The translations under genes were made by a program, and so were the position numbers. The notes beneath the pieces were generated by a model that saw only the letters and a list, made by a program, of their open reading frames with translations, did no database searches and was not told the origin of the DNA. From Trichinella spiralis (taxonomy: Eukaryota), in NCBI RefSeq assembly GCF_000181795.1, contig NW_003526943.1:1669647-1733646 (forward strand): DNA of 64,000 nucleotides, read 5' to 3'. Below are positions 40,791 through 53,669 of the stretch, piece by piece (within the stretch, counting starts at the first letter, position 1; each line of letters begins with the position of its first letter).

Positions 40791-41208
40791 TTTTCAAATA
40801 AAATATTAAAAGGCATACTTCAAAGACTCTATCTAAATATTATCTTCTAATTTCAGGTAAAAATTATTATGTTATTGCTTTTTTAATTATAATTAAAGTT
40901 GAATTTATTAAACACAAGTGATGTATGATGTTGGAAAATGAAAGCCAAAATCAGATGCTTTAATCAGTTTAAAGAATACTTTGTCAATGTCCATCATTTT
41001 TGTATTATAAAGAAATATTAAGCAATGATTAAAAAAATACATTAAAAAGGGCATGTGCCAACAATGTTGGAACCGCAGTTAAAACATTGGGATAATGAAA
41101 TAAAATATGTCAATGAGAAATGAAACTGGAAGTGGCTTCAGATTTGCCGGTTTGATGTTTACGATGTTTCATTCATGATCAATTTACATAGCTTTAAATG
41201 AAAGTAAT

Positions 41209-44134
41209 TTAAAAATCGAGTATTTCATCAACTAACGTTCCCAGTTCGCAAAATAAAATTTCAGCAAAAAGAGACTGCGGTTCTACAATGTAAAATGCAG
41301 GGGTCACTTGTCTTTGAAACAAAATACACTGCTTTTTCACTGTGTAATTAATGCCCAAACACATATGTGTCTCATGCTTTAGTCGACAAGCGTAAATGCA
41401 AGATTTTATGTTTTCAACATTTTCCAAAGATTCAAATGAATTAAAATCATATAAATCAGTTACATTGTAAAACTCAACAACGCAAATTTCACCAATTTCT
41501 TTCAAATAATATCGCACTGGAGGAGGATTGTTTCTTCGTTCATCCTGTCTATCTAAAATGTCAAATATTGAACTGAATTCTTCCATAATATTTCAAGTAA
41601 AATGTAAAAAACAACTATAAAAAGCTAATATATGCTTTGATTTTTCTTCTGAGGTATAGTTAAGTTTGAAATTAATTTTCTGGCGATTGTAAAAATAAAA
41701 TGTGAAGATTTCATTATTATTAAGAAATAAAACTGCAGACAGTAGATATTACATTTAATTATCACTCTTACCTGGGTAACACTCCAAAAGTTCGACTAAA
41801 TTGTTTTCAGTGTCAGCAAAATATGTGCCGCTTCTTTCGGTATCTCTTTTTAGCAATTCACATTCATACTTTTTCTTTGAATATACAATAGCACAATAGG
41901 AATGCTGATGAAGAATTGGTCGACAGAAATGTAGGCATCTGTTTACTGATCGAACGTTTAGTATCATTTGAATGCTTGTTATATTTTTAATTTTTCCGTC
42001 ATGAATTACATTTATTTTGCAAAGTTCCAAGTATCTGTACAATTGGACAAATCCTTCGGTTGAAGTTCGTTGCGCTTTTTCTGTTCTGGGATGCTCTATC
42101 AGTTTAGGATCTAATTGGAAGAATTTCAATTCGCATTTGTCAAATTTATATTCAATTTCATTTTGAAAATAAGGTTAGCATGCTTTCTAAGATAAAATAA
42201 TGAATCATGAAACTTTTTTCACTGGATGTTAATAGAATCTTTTATGATAATAAAAGCATTATACAAATGATAATAAATTGAATACTATAATGTATTTTTT
42301 AATCCGCTAAATCCTATTGAATTATAGTTATCATTAGGTGACTCTTAAATGTGCATTCTGAAAAGATCTCCTTATGTAGTGCTGAGTGAAGCTATTAATA
42401 CAAATTAATATAAAATAAAAATTTCATGCAAATTTATGAAAGGCTGATGTGTTATTTTTATTTGCATTTCATTAGAAATATGAAACTTTAACATTAATCC
42501 TCACTAAGTACTTTTATTATTTTTATTCAAAAATTTCAAATTACTATTTCTGTAATTTGTCCAATTAAAAGTATAATTACAGGTACTTTTGTATTTAATT
42601 TCTACTGAATAGTTGCTTATTTCGAAATTTGTTCCCAAATGCCAATGCAATTGCTAATTAAAATATCAAGAATTATGACAGTTTTCAAATGAGCTGAATA
42701 ATCAATCAGTTAAATTCAAATAATCAGTTCAATTATTTGTTTACCATCAACGGTAATCATTGCTAATTGCATTTAAGTAAACTGTAAAAAAATATATGAA
42801 CTTACTTGCTGTTGAGCGACTTTTTGAGATGAGTTCGTACGTCACATTATGCTTTGTTGTTATGAAAACTGAATTTATTTTCAAATCCCCTAAAAATTAT
42901 TAACACTTTGAAAAGTTTATGCACAAAAAAGGCATTTATTGAATAAATGCAAAGTAGTATCAATAATAAAATTGGTTTATGCATTTTATACGAAACTGGA
43001 AATTTATAAAATATGCATATAAAAATGGCATACAGGGCACTGTAAGATGCAGAAGAAAAAGATGTCTTTCGGTATTCCACGAAAAAGATATAGGTGGGCT
43101 GACTGTTTCACCCTTTAACAAGCTACATTTCTTAGCTACAGGGTTGTAAATTACGGCTTTGCATCCTTTTTTTTTGCTTTGTCCATTGCAGTGAATAAGG
43201 CAACTATAAAGAGATTCGTTTTTGCTGATTGCAATGACTTTCGTCCAGATGCTTTCAACAGTTGCACGATTTTCGACGATGTATGCTGCTTCTTCTTCTT
43301 GTATATTAAATGGAATGAGAAGTGCCTTGGTATTTATTCTAGTGTTATTTTTAATTTCACTTAAGAAATATGAGCCTAAAAGATACATTTTTATTTATTT
43401 CGTAATAATATATGAAAGTAGTATCCGTCTTGTTAGTTTTTTTGTTTTGGAAAGTAATCGACTAACAGTAAAACAAAAATGAAAGAATATTTGGCTTACA
43501 CTGCTTTATTATGAGATGAGCTTACAATTTAAAAATATTCTATGAAAAACAATGCAGGAAACTTTAAACTAATACATTATTTATTTACTATTTGAAATTG
43601 TGCTTTAATTTGTTAAAATTTATTTTCTATCATTGTTTAAAGGTGTTCATTAAAAATTATATAATCATAGAATAAAATATCATTTTAAGTTAGTTAATTT
43701 TTTTAAATAACTGGAATACAAAAAAATTTATTACCTCTTATGCATTCATTAAAGTACGTCAGTGTATAGGGTCCATAATTCCTTTCAGTTACGTTTTTCT
43801 TGTTAGAGAACGTATAGCATACAGAACCTTCGAGAGAATGTTTTATAGCAATGCAGTTAGGTTTCAAAAGCTTATCGCAAAGCAAAATGCATTCTTGCAC
43901 TGACAAGTTAGGTAGCACTTTCATTTTGTAATTTTTTAACGTTTCCATGCTAACTTCCTGCTTATCAAGCACGCATGTTACTCCAAAATCTGGCAAATAC
44001 GCCGCAAATTCTATACCTTCACACTGCTTAATAAAAAATGTTTTCATAATTTTCATGCTTTATAGTGCTAAAATTAAAATTACCCAAAGTTGTACGAGAG
44101 CACAAATCAAGAAATATTGTCGCCTGGTGAGCAT
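41209..44134 (-). CDS. Secreted multi-PAN/Apple-like domain protein, array copy 4 (6 exons; most divergent N-terminal half)
   Basis: MLTRRQYFLICALVQLW/QCEG start, same exon layout and Cys pattern, ends ELGTLVDEILDF*. Confidence 0.8.
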
Positions 44135-45483
44135 TCTTTATATCTAAATGATAAATATTTAATTAAATAAGGAATTCCAAAATTAAAAATATCTTTTTCA
44201 AAAAACTTTTTCTTTAATAAATGATTTTAAACTTGCAATTTTGAGAAGCTGAATATAAATACTTCAATGAGTATTTATAAATAACTACAAACATGAATAA
44301 GATTTAATTTATTAAAATATGAAGTCATTATTATGAAAATATCACAAAAAATTCAATAAAGTATATTTAACAAATTGAAATGCTAATACTAAACATCAAA
44401 AAATTATATGTTGATAAAAGTCACTGTATGACAAACGTTAAATGGTAAAGATGAATGAAATTATCTAATTTAATTAAGCTACTAACAATCTAACAAGCTG
44501 TACTAAATTTCATTGTGAAAAATTATTAGCTGAGACATTATTGGTTGTTCAGTTGAGAATGTTCATTTGCGTCGGTGAATTGAATATTAATAATTAGAAC
44601 AGTTCAGTAATGTTTTCTTTGAAAAGATTCTGTCATAATTCATTGGCAATTTGTATCTGTAAACATTTTTTTAAAATAAACATCACTGAACTATTTATAA
44701 CATTAAAAGTAATTCATTTCATAAAAAATGATTCAACATGTGGAAAACCTAGAAGAAACCGAAAAAAACAAAATAGTTTTCAAAAAACAAATGGAAAGTG
44801 ATAAATATTTTTAAAAAAGATATTAATTTTTTGTTATTTTATTTTAGCATTTACGCAATTAACTGAATGAATTTTACATGGAATTGAAATGAATCTTATC
44901 AGGTGATGAGTTGGATTAGAACATTAATTTTCTGTTAGTAAACTGACAAATAATTTAAATTTTAAATTTTAAAATTTTAAAAATATTTTTCACTTTCACA
45001 AATTAGAACAAAGTATGAATTAGTTCGCAAGTTGAAATTGCGCATTGAAAAATGTGAATAAACAAACAATAAACACATAGAGTGTAGTAAACTAGCAATT
45101 TTAAAAGTTTCCACCAATTTTTCCTTGTCTTATTAGTTGAATAAATATTTTATTTCACAAAAAATCAAATTGAAATTTAAATTTTAACTCAAGTTGAAAC
45201 AAAAGATTATTTTTATAAAAATAAAACTTGACAATCAGAATGACGATCATGTAAAGGAAAAAAAATTCCCTTTTCCATTATTCGTGAAGTAAATAATCCG
45301 TGTAAGAATATTACAATTCAATTTTGAATGATAAGTTTGACTGTGCGGGTCAGTGTTTCTGTTTTAGATTAGATAGGAAAAGATTTTTCAATTTTTGCAT
45401 TTTAAAATTTGTACAATGCGACAAAGAGAGACTGACAGAATTGAGCGTGGATGAAAATTTAATTTTATTTAAAATTCAATCAA

Positions 45484-46010
45484 ATGATGTGGACAATGGT
45501 GAATTTTTTGACGAACAAATTTGCAATTATAAAATGTGCCATTGGTAAATTAAGTTCATTGGAGAAGATGTAATTTTTTTCAAAAAGTAAAAAAAAAATT
45601 TGAATAAAAGAAAGTGAAATTTGTTTGCAGAAGTATTGACATGCGGTCTGTTCACGCTAACGATGGTGCACGTCTGGGGGATTTCGAGCTTAATGGATTC
45701 TCCATTTGTCCAGGCCAGCTTTGAAAACTACAACTCCAGCTCGGCGTTCGGTTTTGTAATTTGATTTTGCAATATTCCGCAACCGGAAAATGCCGAAAGT
45801 GCAATCAGGAACAGAATGGAATATTTTGCCGGGCGTGACCAATTTCTACTTTACTCGTTGGCCAAAATAAGATGCGTGTTGTTGGGCGAAAATTGACCAA
45901 ACTCTGAAAGCTGAAGCTTTTTAGCAGAGCGCTTTGTCCAGAGTTGCGATCTGCAATTCAACGAGATTTTGAAGAACTATCTCAACTGCTGTCTATATAC
46001 AACAGCTAAA
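45484..46010 (+). CDS. Candidate small multi-exon secreted protein (uncertain)
   Basis: Exon 45484-45544 (MMWTMVNFLTNKFAIIKCAI, GTAAAT donor) joins in phase to the TTTGCAG acceptor at 45630, giving EVLTCGLFTLTMVHVWGISSLMDSPF. Downstream exon boundaries are ambiguous. Confidence 0.3.
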
Positions 46011-48028
46011 GTTGATACTTTGCATTTTGCAATGCCGAAAAAAATAATTTCAATCGAAAAATTATTATTAAAAAATACAAATTGAACAACAACATCGATT
46101 GGCTGTTCACTTCGATTGTGTGTGATTAATGCAAGTCATTAATGATGATAGCAAGTGTGATTTGATGATTATTTGATTTTTTTTACTGTTGTTGCTTCTC
46201 GATATAAAGATAATTTTTTCTTCCCATTTTGTCATATTTATTTCAAGATTGAAAAAATTTCAAGATAACATCACCCATATCAAGCACACGCGGTCGAAAG
46301 AAATAAAAAACCACTCAATTGAACAATTAATATGTTGCCCATAAATTGTGATATTGATTTTTGATCGGTGAAATTCAATTTTATTGTTCAATTGAATATT
46401 TGAAAATAATCTAAATTATCAAGCGAAATCTGCACCAGCAAATAAATGTCACTTGACGGACGTCTGCAAACAACGCTGAACAATGAATACTACGCTTCCA
46501 AATACCGTGTTCAAAATATGCAAACGAGTTTGTTGCGAACAATTACAGTAATGCGAATTTTGTTTTTTTTTCTTTGAACTTGCAATTCTTTAAAAATTGT
46601 TTTCCACAAATCTCAAGTGAACAATTGTAATTACATATTTTTTTGAAAAAACATTATAATTAAATAAATTTGATGAACACAAGTGACAGATGATGTTGGA
46701 AAATTGAAAAGTAAAAGCAGATGCTTTTGCTTTTCAATCACTGCAATCCATCAAATTTATAGGCACACGCTTTTGCCAACGCGTTATCGAAAAGAATGTT
46801 GAAGCGTTGATGAGAGAAAAGAGATGAAAAAATGTATTCAATTAAATGATTTTCATTGTTATTAAACTTGTAATAACTGCGTGTTTTGTTTGAAACAATG
46901 ACGGCAAAATTGTCAAGTGGAAAGAAAGCGTTATTTATCATTTGCTGTGAATGTTTTTTTCTTTGACAAATTGCTGACTTTTATTACGGTCAAATGATAA
47001 TTTTTGAGAAATAACTTTTCGTGTAAAGTTCGATACATTTTGATTTCGAAGATGACAGTTTTGGAAAAATAATTCGTACCATTGATGTCAGCAGTGGAAT
47101 TGAATTTGAAAAGAGAGTAAATATCTGGGGCCCAGTAATCTCACTTGATTTGTAATATTGGAGAAAAATTTAAATTTATAATTTCAAAAGTGAAATACAG
47201 TAAATTTTCCGATTGTGTAAAGTGAAAAAGATCGAAACCACTTGGCCAGCTGCAAATGACACACGTTAGTAAAACTTTTTTGGACAAGTTGTTTGCCTAA
47301 TGTTTGACAAGCAGAAGTGGAATAATTTGCTTTCACTTTTTTGTTTTGAACTTGAACATTAATTATAAAATTATTAAAGGGAAAATAATTTTATAAGAAA
47401 TCCAACACCTTTATATGTATATATATATACATACGTGTATTTTTGAATAAATGAAAAAAAGTAGAACAAAAGAGAGATTGAATCAAAAGCTATATGCTTA
47501 AGAGCAGCAACAGCTTTTTTCAACAGCTGTCGGTGATGACAAGCTGAAAGAGATGAAAAAAATAATAAGAAGATAAATGATGAAATAAAATATCTTCAAA
47601 AATTTCAATATTAATTTCCAAACAAGTACAAATAAATAAAAGAAAACAATAAACAGTAAAAAAATTTAAAATTAACAAAGTCAATGTGAAAACTGAAGCG
47701 ACAAGAAAAAAGAGAGAGAGAGAGAGACATTGTCGCGAAAGTGATAAAGCAAAACTGGCCAAGGTCGACTGTAATAAATGAATGGATGAATGGATTGGTT
47801 AATTTGTCACCGGTCAGGAAAAACAGATATCATTGGAAGAGAAGGCAAAAATTTAAATCCCGACTAAAAAGTTAACAAACAAACAAACAAACAAACAGGC
47901 AGAAAAAATTATAATATAATAAGTGATATGTGTGTGTGTGTATGTATTTTCTTTCTTTCGATTATCAATTTCAACCAACAATGAATAAACAATGATGATG
48001 ATGATAATCAAATAAATTTGTTTGCTGT

Positions 48029-48394
48029 TTATACGGAATTTTCAGGTAGTGAAGGAATCGTAATCACCTTGGATGTTGGACTGAAGGCACCTTGTCGTCT
48101 GGGGTGGTGGGGGTTCCAGGCGTCGTTGGGGCGTGTATTGTTCCTGGCGATGGTGTCGGCGTCACCGTCGCACCGGTGGTAACGCATGGTGGCGGCTTTT
48201 TGCTTCTTCTTCATCCTGATCAACAAGTAAACAACGGAACCAACCATACCGAGCACGGTCATCAGCATGAACAATATTCTCATCTGGCTGATGTATTCGG
48301 TCAAATTGTGCATGTCGTTGGCCATTTGGAACATCTGAGGCAATTTTCTCAACATCTCGTCGAAGCTGATCGCGTTCGGTGCCAAGTCGGGCAT
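48029..48394 (-). CDS. Orphan single-pass membrane protein (121 aa, single coding exon)
   Basis: GC-rich ORF in an AT-rich background with AAAAATATG start context. Hydrophobic ILFMLMTVLGMVGSVVYLLI is followed by basic RMKKKQK (positive-inside). No family recognised. Confidence 0.7.
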   Translation of the reverse strand: MPDLAPNAISFDEMLRKLPQMFQMANDMHNLTEYISQMRILFMLMTVLGMVGSVVYLLIRMKKKQKAATMRYHRCDGDADTIARNNTRPNDAWNPHHPRRQGAFSPTSKVITIPSLPENSV

Positions 48395-49366
48395 ATTTTT
48401 GAATGGATGTTGAAGAGCTGGCTGCTAACTTGGACGCTGACCAGTGGTGAACGAAAAGCAGTGCGGAAACGATCCAACCACGCTGACCGCTCAACGAGAA
48501 CAACAAGAATAACAACCGACGGCTAGGTCAACCGACATTGGCTGAATGACCTCTCGACGAGAAGCCTTATTTCTTTCTGCTATCTTCTTCTCTCTTGTTG
48601 CCTGCTCGCTTCAACAAGCCAGTCGAGTCGAAACTTAAAATTAACAAGCAATAAGCAAACAAACAAATAAACAAACAAACGAGATATCATAATAATAATA
48701 ATAATAATCGACGCTTGGATTCTCAGCAACAGAAATTATTATTATTATTATTAATAAACAAATATAAGTTTTAACGTTGGTATCTGTCAATGAATTAGCA
48801 TTGTTGTTGTTGGAAAGTAAAAAGAAAAGAACATTCTGAATCAGAAGATGCACGATGCTGGTCGGTTGAAGCAGAACAAGAAGACAAAACTGGGAAACGA
48901 CCGAAAGATTCCAACGTTGTTAATAGCGATGCTCTCAACTGGCGTTGACCTGAACCTGAATCTGCAATGGAAACTGGATTCGGCTGTTGCAGCGTTCAAG
49001 AAGCTGCCGTCATGATCATTTCAAACGGGCTTGGCCATCAAGCACACACAACATTTGCTTACTATACCAATCGAATAATGAAAAAGCTTATTCTTCTTCT
49101 TCTTCTTCTTCATGCACACATCCACCCACACACAAACAACATAACCGCCAATGCATAACTACATTCATTCACTTCATCATATTTGATTTAAATCAAACTA
49201 TATGTAAATTTATCATCTTAAATTAAAAGCAAATTTTCATTCAAAAAAAACAAACATTTTAACCAATCAACGAGCTCGATAAAAGCTTTTTCAAAAAAGG
49301 GAAGGGAGGTGGGGAGAGAAATTTCTTTGACAACTTGTCATCGTCTGTTGTTCGATCATCTCCCGA

Positions 49367-49399
49367 CCAACCAACCAACCAACCAACCAACTAACCAAC
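49367..49399. repeat. (CCAA)n microsatellite
   Basis: Directly visible. Confidence 0.9.
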
Positions 49400-51118
49400 A
49401 CTGCGCTCCTTTACTCTTCCAAACGCTCACGAATTGATTATTTTTTTTCCACCAATTAAACAACAAATATTTGTTGTTGTATTTTATTCATTTTTTTACC
49501 TAATTATTCTTAATCTTATTGTAACTTTTTCATCTTTTCATTCTTTCACATTATTCATAATTTATTTTTATTTTTTTAAAAATATTCGCATTAATAATTT
49601 TAAAAAAAGATTTTTTTTAAAATCACATGTCAGAAAACTATTTAAAGAATTAATCTTCTATTTTCTATTCAACATTTCAAAACTTTTTCATACCTGCACG
49701 TCATTATTTGTCAACTTCAACAATTATTACGAATTGTACCGTTGTTTTCAATCTGGTGCAAATCGTTTTTTGATCGAAATATCAAAGTCGATGAATATCA
49801 ATTTCGAAGTAACAAAATAAACAACCAAACCTTCCTGATGGAACGTTGAATTTTGTCCAACAATTTATTGAAAAATGAGCAAATATTCTTTATCACATTT
49901 GCTGCACATACATCTTTTATAATAAGTAATGAAATGAATAATATTTCCTGTTTTTTTTCATTGCTTTTTATCTTTCTTTTTTCTTACTTTTTCGACCGTT
50001 AACCACAACGACCTCGACACAACGACCATCAAATAAACAATTGGAAACGATGAACAATTCTTGTTTGGAAAAGGAATTTGTGAAACTTATCAAAGTGTGA
50101 CGCTGAATAATTGCAATCAATCACCCACCATCTTCTATCTATTTGGGACTCTGCCGCATGTGAAAGTTGAAACAGAAAAAAAAACTATCAATCTTATCAT
50201 TCATTTAAACTATTCGAAAGTTCCGTCTTGATTTTGTCAACTTTATTCTGAGCAAAATAAACGAAAAACATTTCTATTCAAAAATTAACATAACATGAAA
50301 GCAGTTGAAAATGACGAATTTCTTTGTTCACCACATTTATAAGAAAATATTGTATTTTTTACAGAAAAATTTTTGTCAGTTTTATACAAAATTTAATAAT
50401 TAAGGAAAAAAAACTCATACTTTTATTGTCAATTACTGACAGTGAAAACATCCTCTGATCTAATTGACGTTAACGTTATTTCATCAAATAATAATTCAAT
50501 TCATTATTAATTTACAATTTCAAACATTTATATTATTATTATTATTATTCTTACGTATTCTTAAACCCTTTTCAAACATCATACAATCACCAGTTTCACT
50601 CGTTCACCAGCAAACACTTTCCGCATTGATCATTGAACACGTATATATTCCAATGAGATTGTTTTACAAATAATGCTTACATTGTATTTGTTTAATTACT
50701 CAGCTGTTGTTTATTTATCTCTTACATCGTGCATGTTTATTTCCATATCGTGATTCACTTGATACCAATTCTAATTTTTCACAACAGTCCAGGAAATAAA
50801 ATAAAAATACTTGAACATTACAAAATTTTACTGTTAATTTTAAACTGTTTATCTTTATTCATTTAACACATCGACTTTCATTTGATTACATAGAGATGAT
50901 CAAGAATTAATTAGTATATAATACAGTATATTAAAAAATAAATTTTTGACAGCTAGTATGAAAATTATGATGATGCTATAATTACGTCATTTGAGGCAAA
51001 TCGACGATAATCATTAACGAGTTTTTACATACAGTAGTTATCACTTCCAATTACAGGTCAGATTTGTGTATTAAATATTAATTAATTTCAATTAATTTCC
51101 AATTTTATATTAGCAAAA

Positions 51119-53207
51119 ATGACCAATGCTATGAAAATAGTCGGTAAGAAAATCAGCTGACGAAAATAATATACATTTTCAAAAGTGTATTGTTGCAGGC
51201 TCATCAGTTATTGTTGTTTTAATAGCTGGCTATATAGCACAAAAATATCTTCCCCCACCAAAGCCAGCAATTGTTGGAATCGATCTTGGCACAACTTTTT
51301 CTTGCGTTTCTGTATTTTACTCGGGTAAAGGAACTGTAGAAGTTATACCAGATGAAAAAGGAAGAAAGACAATTCCAAGTGTTGTGGCCATACCGTAAGT
51401 GTATTTTGCTCCAATGCTTACTGTGCATTTGAGTTTTATCAACCTCTGCACATTATTTAAATCTAGTTATTAATTAGCAGAATGCATATACAGAAAACGT
51501 TTATGGTAAATAATGGGCAGATAAGATTGTATACACTGAAAGATCATTTACTGCATCACATGTATTACTTTGCTCCAGTAAATAATGTTTAATAAGTAAT
51601 ATGACGTATCATATCAAGAAAATATATTTTCTTGAATAGCAGTTCTGTTTATATTAAAATTGTTTATGATTAAGATTTACATTTAATACTTTCCTCTGTA
51701 TCAAATGACGTCAAAAACAGTTTGTTGAAATAGTTACAAAATGATGAAGAAGCGACGAGCAAGGTTACTCTGGCACATTTTGGTACAGTAATTAATACAA
51801 TCAAGAATTAATTAATCATTTGTTATATATTTAAGTGAATTATTTGTAAAAATTGCACTTATTTGTACAGTTACAAAAAAGTTTGTTTTTGTTCAGGTCA
51901 AAAAATACCTACTTTGTTGGCTACAATGCGCTCGAATTATCCAATTATGATTCAAGCAGAGTTTTCTACGATGCGAAGCGCTTCATTGGTCAGCAATTCA
52001 CTGAAGCCAAATTCAATGTGGAGAAGCAACGATATCCGTTTAATGTAGTGAATAATTTTTTTTTCATTTTTTTTCAATGTTTTATTAAAAAAATAAATAA
52101 TAATAACAGCGATTATTGTCAGATGCGCCTTAATGGTACTGTAGCTGTATTTGAAGCCGGCCATGGTGCAGTCGCTGAACTGTACAAAGCGGAAGAGATA
52201 AGTTCGTTTGTTTTAAGTTATTTGAAAAAAATGGCCGAAAATTATCTGAAAGTGAATCGTGTACAAAGAGCAGTGATGTCGGTCCCAGCGGAATTTGATG
52301 AATTACAACGGAACGCGACAATCGAAGCAGCTCGACTGGCAGGTATTGAAGTGCTGAGGCTGATCAGCGAGCCAACAGCCGCCGCCCTTGCTTACGGTTT
52401 GCACAAGAAAGAAAACACCAGACATGTTGTTATTTTTGATTTGGGCGGTGGAACTTTGGACGTGTCCGTTCTCATTGTTCTCGGTGGCATGTTCATCACT
52501 CGAGCGATCGCCGGTTATATACATATATATATATATATATATATGCATACTCAATTGGGTTATTTAATTTAAAATTTTTTTTCTCTTTTACTTCTGGTTC
52601 AGGTCACAATCATCTCGGCGGTCAGGATTTCAATCACAGACTACTGCAGCATCTGATGCAAGTAGTCGAAGAGCAGCATGGTTTGCTGTTAACCGACGAA
52701 GACGATTTGCACAGTTTGAGATTGGCCGTTGAACAGGCGAAATTACAACTCACAAATGCAACCGAAACGCTTATTGAGATTCAGCTTAAATCACTTGCTG
52801 TAGGCAAAGAAAACCATCACCCCAACAGGCAGCAGCAGCAGCCCGTCACGTTCAGTTACCGGCTGACCAGAGATCTTTTCGAAAAGCTCAACCAGCAACT
52901 GTTCTTGAAGGTGCTGAAACCGATCGAAGCGGCTCTGGCCGATGCTAATATGAAAGCTGATGACGTTGACGAGGTGGTGATGGTCGGAGGCTCGACGAGA
53001 ATACCAAAAATCCGTCAAATTGTTTCCAGTTATTTCAACAAAAGTCTCAACTGTGAAATCGACCCAGAACTGGCAGTGGCGATTGGCGTTGGGGTGCAAG
53101 CTGGTGTGATGGCACAGGCGTGGCCGGTCCAAGTGTCCGCCACCGAGATACCGTTCAAGTCGAAAAAAATTCACATTTACGACGATGAATTCGACTTGAA
53201 ACAATAA
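51119..53207 (+). CDS. HSPA13: HSPA13/STCH (ER Hsp70-like ATPase lacking the substrate-binding domain), 5 exons (51119-51143, 51199-51394, 51897-~52044, 52123-52513, 52603-53207)
   Basis: N-terminus [33 protein letters not shown] is the STCH signature. Also [48 protein letters not shown], and C-terminal [13 protein letters not shown]. Confidence 0.95.
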
Positions 53208-53669
53208 AACAACAATTGATTCTCTTGTTTTAATTTTAATTTGTTGGTTCTCTGTCTGTCCTTCAGTGGTCAGAAAGCGCTGCCTGCATGCATCATTATT
53301 ACTTCTTCTGCACGCTCCGTCAGCCAATCGTTATTTTAACAATAAACAAATGGAACAAGTGCATGATTAGCTCGTCGGAGTGGGTGGGTATGGGATCGCC
53401 AAAAAAAACAAACAAACAATTAATTAATTAATTAAAATTTTAAAAGGGAAAAGAAAAAAGAACGGGAGACAACAGCAAGAGCCAGGAATGTTCTATATAT
53501 ATATATATATATAGACGAAGCGATACCACTGGATGAGCGCAAAAGCATAAATTATTAATAAAAATAATTTAAAATAAAAAAAAAGAAATTATGAAAAATA
53601 ACGCGCTTGTAAAAACTGTCGATAGTGACGCAAAAACCGGCAGCTTGATGAACAAAATATATACTGTTT

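Noticed and set aside
23046..44134. One giant gene with repeated or mutually exclusive exon cassettes (Dscam-like)
   Set aside because: Each unit has its own ATG/signal exon and its own stop codon, which fits four separate genes.
48092..48526. 144-aa + strand ORF and 117-aa alternative-frame ORF
   Set aside because: These are antisense or alternative-frame shadows of the GC-rich 48029-48394 CDS, with non-ATG or weak starts and no coherent protein features.
52791..53327. 178-aa minus-strand ORF
   Set aside because: Antisense shadow of the HSPA13 last exon, a common artefact of Hsp70 genes.
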